From: Spirogloea muscicola
Taxonomy: Eukaryota
Direction of reading: 5' to 3'
NCBI GenBank assembly: GCA_009602725.1
Contig: WELB01000001.1
Location: forward strand, 635,267 to 699,266
DNA length: 64,000 bases
This document shows positions 63,201 through 64,000 of this stretch, piece by piece. The notes beneath the pieces were generated by a model. It worked only from the letters and a program-made list of their open reading frames with translations, had not been told where the DNA came from and ran no database searches. The translations under genes and the position numbers were made by a program. How positions within the stretch are numbered: the stretch's first letter is position 1; each line of letters opens with the position of its first letter.

Positions 63201-64000
63201 CGTTGCCTCTCTGGCAATCTCCTTTCGGCTAAATGAAGGATTGAGACGTTTCAGTTCACATATGTGTTTTCTGTCTTGGTTCGAGAAACCGACCCTAGTG
63301 TTCTTTTTCACTGTGGCCATGTTTACATTCCTGCAAGAAGACGCGAACGTGCATACCCTTGACATCAGGATTCGCATGTCTACGTGGCACTGTGCGGCCA
63401 TAGCCTTAAGGAGGAAGCCCTTGGGAGATGCATAAGTAGGTCAAGCAAGCTCGGAAGGCTGCAAGGAAGAGTTGTCTCAAGCAACGTATGCCATTCAAAG
63501 GTGACTAACACAATGCAATGAGGCGAGAGTGCTCAAGACTATCGTGGTTGTGTACGGCATGCGCAGGCCGTGCCCTCACAGCAGCAAGTGCGAGCAACCA
63601 AGAATTCGAAGCCATGACTATTGGAGGAGAAGCTTACACCAAGGATAAGTCGCGCGTGGAGGGCCCCTCCAACTAGAGGTTGCTGCTTGCCGCGGTTGCC
63701 GCTTGCTGCCGCAGGCGCCGCGAGCGCAGGTGGCGGTGGCAGGAGGCGCAGGCGAAGGCGGTGGCGCCAAAGCCTCGCCTCGCTTCGAGGCCGACGAGGA
63801 GGCAGCTTCCGTGCGCCGTGTGTTTCCTGTGGGCCGACGAGGCTCGTTCCGCGACGAAGACGAAGCCGCCAACGACCGCCTGGAAGCGGCGCTAGCGGCG
63901 AGCAGCGGTCTCAACGAGGGCCTCGTGACGCCGTGGCTTGGAGAAGGGTGGGGGCCGTCTGGGAGACATGGAGACTGGTGGGGGCCGTCGGGGAGACGGT
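60243..64000 (-). mobile_element. pogo/Tigger-family DNA transposon; one TIR at 60243, other end probably beyond the window
   Basis: TA (60241-60242) followed by CAGTCAAACCTTGTTATA, a typical pogo/Tigger terminus. A transposase gene lies inside. Confidence 0.72.
61135..63320 (-). CDS. pogo/Tigger transposase (CENP-B-type HTH plus DDE_1), intron-containing
   Basis: HTH region from MATVKKNTR (63320), FKGSRGWLCGFKTRYGI, HGEAASAD, VYNFDETG, KERFTIGFCTNLTGNDRLKP, NASAWMT, LLFVDNAGSH, FLPANTTSKVQPLDAGII and IANCWRKSGI. GT-AG introns join the frames. Confidence 0.92.

Noticed and set aside
1..64000. tRNA, rRNA, snRNA, ribozyme, RT domain or TnpB/Fanzor nuclease
   Set aside because: None was recognised by eye. 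A tRNAscan/Infernal/HMM search would be needed to exclude them.

Overview
Intron-rich eukaryotic nuclear DNA with a plant-like gene set, probably from a streptophyte alga or early-diverging plant (inferred from gene content only). Eleven spliced host genes are supported: the 3' part of a large SBP-box/SPL factor, a GH5 endo-beta-mannanase, an LPR1-like multicopper oxidase, an EDR2-like PH-START-DUF1336 protein, a conserved Gly-rich plastid protein, golgin GC1 (with an in-frame TAG), monothiol glutaredoxin GrxS15, a galectin-GT31 galactosyltransferase, a bromodomain-ET GTE1-like protein, a DUF3067 protein and pyridoxal kinase. An intron-containing pogo/Tigger transposon with one visible TIR ends the window. 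The most striking structure is intergenic. All seven spacers that contain a host-gene 5' end carry stacked, 5'-truncated 3' ends of at least three related CRE-like (restriction-like endonuclease) non-LTR retrotransposon families. I saw none in the four convergent spacers or in introns. One copy is nested in the 3' UTR of another with a 13-bp TSD, and one is split by a 141-bp Tourist-like MITE. Gene spans include introns, and exon boundaries were read by eye.
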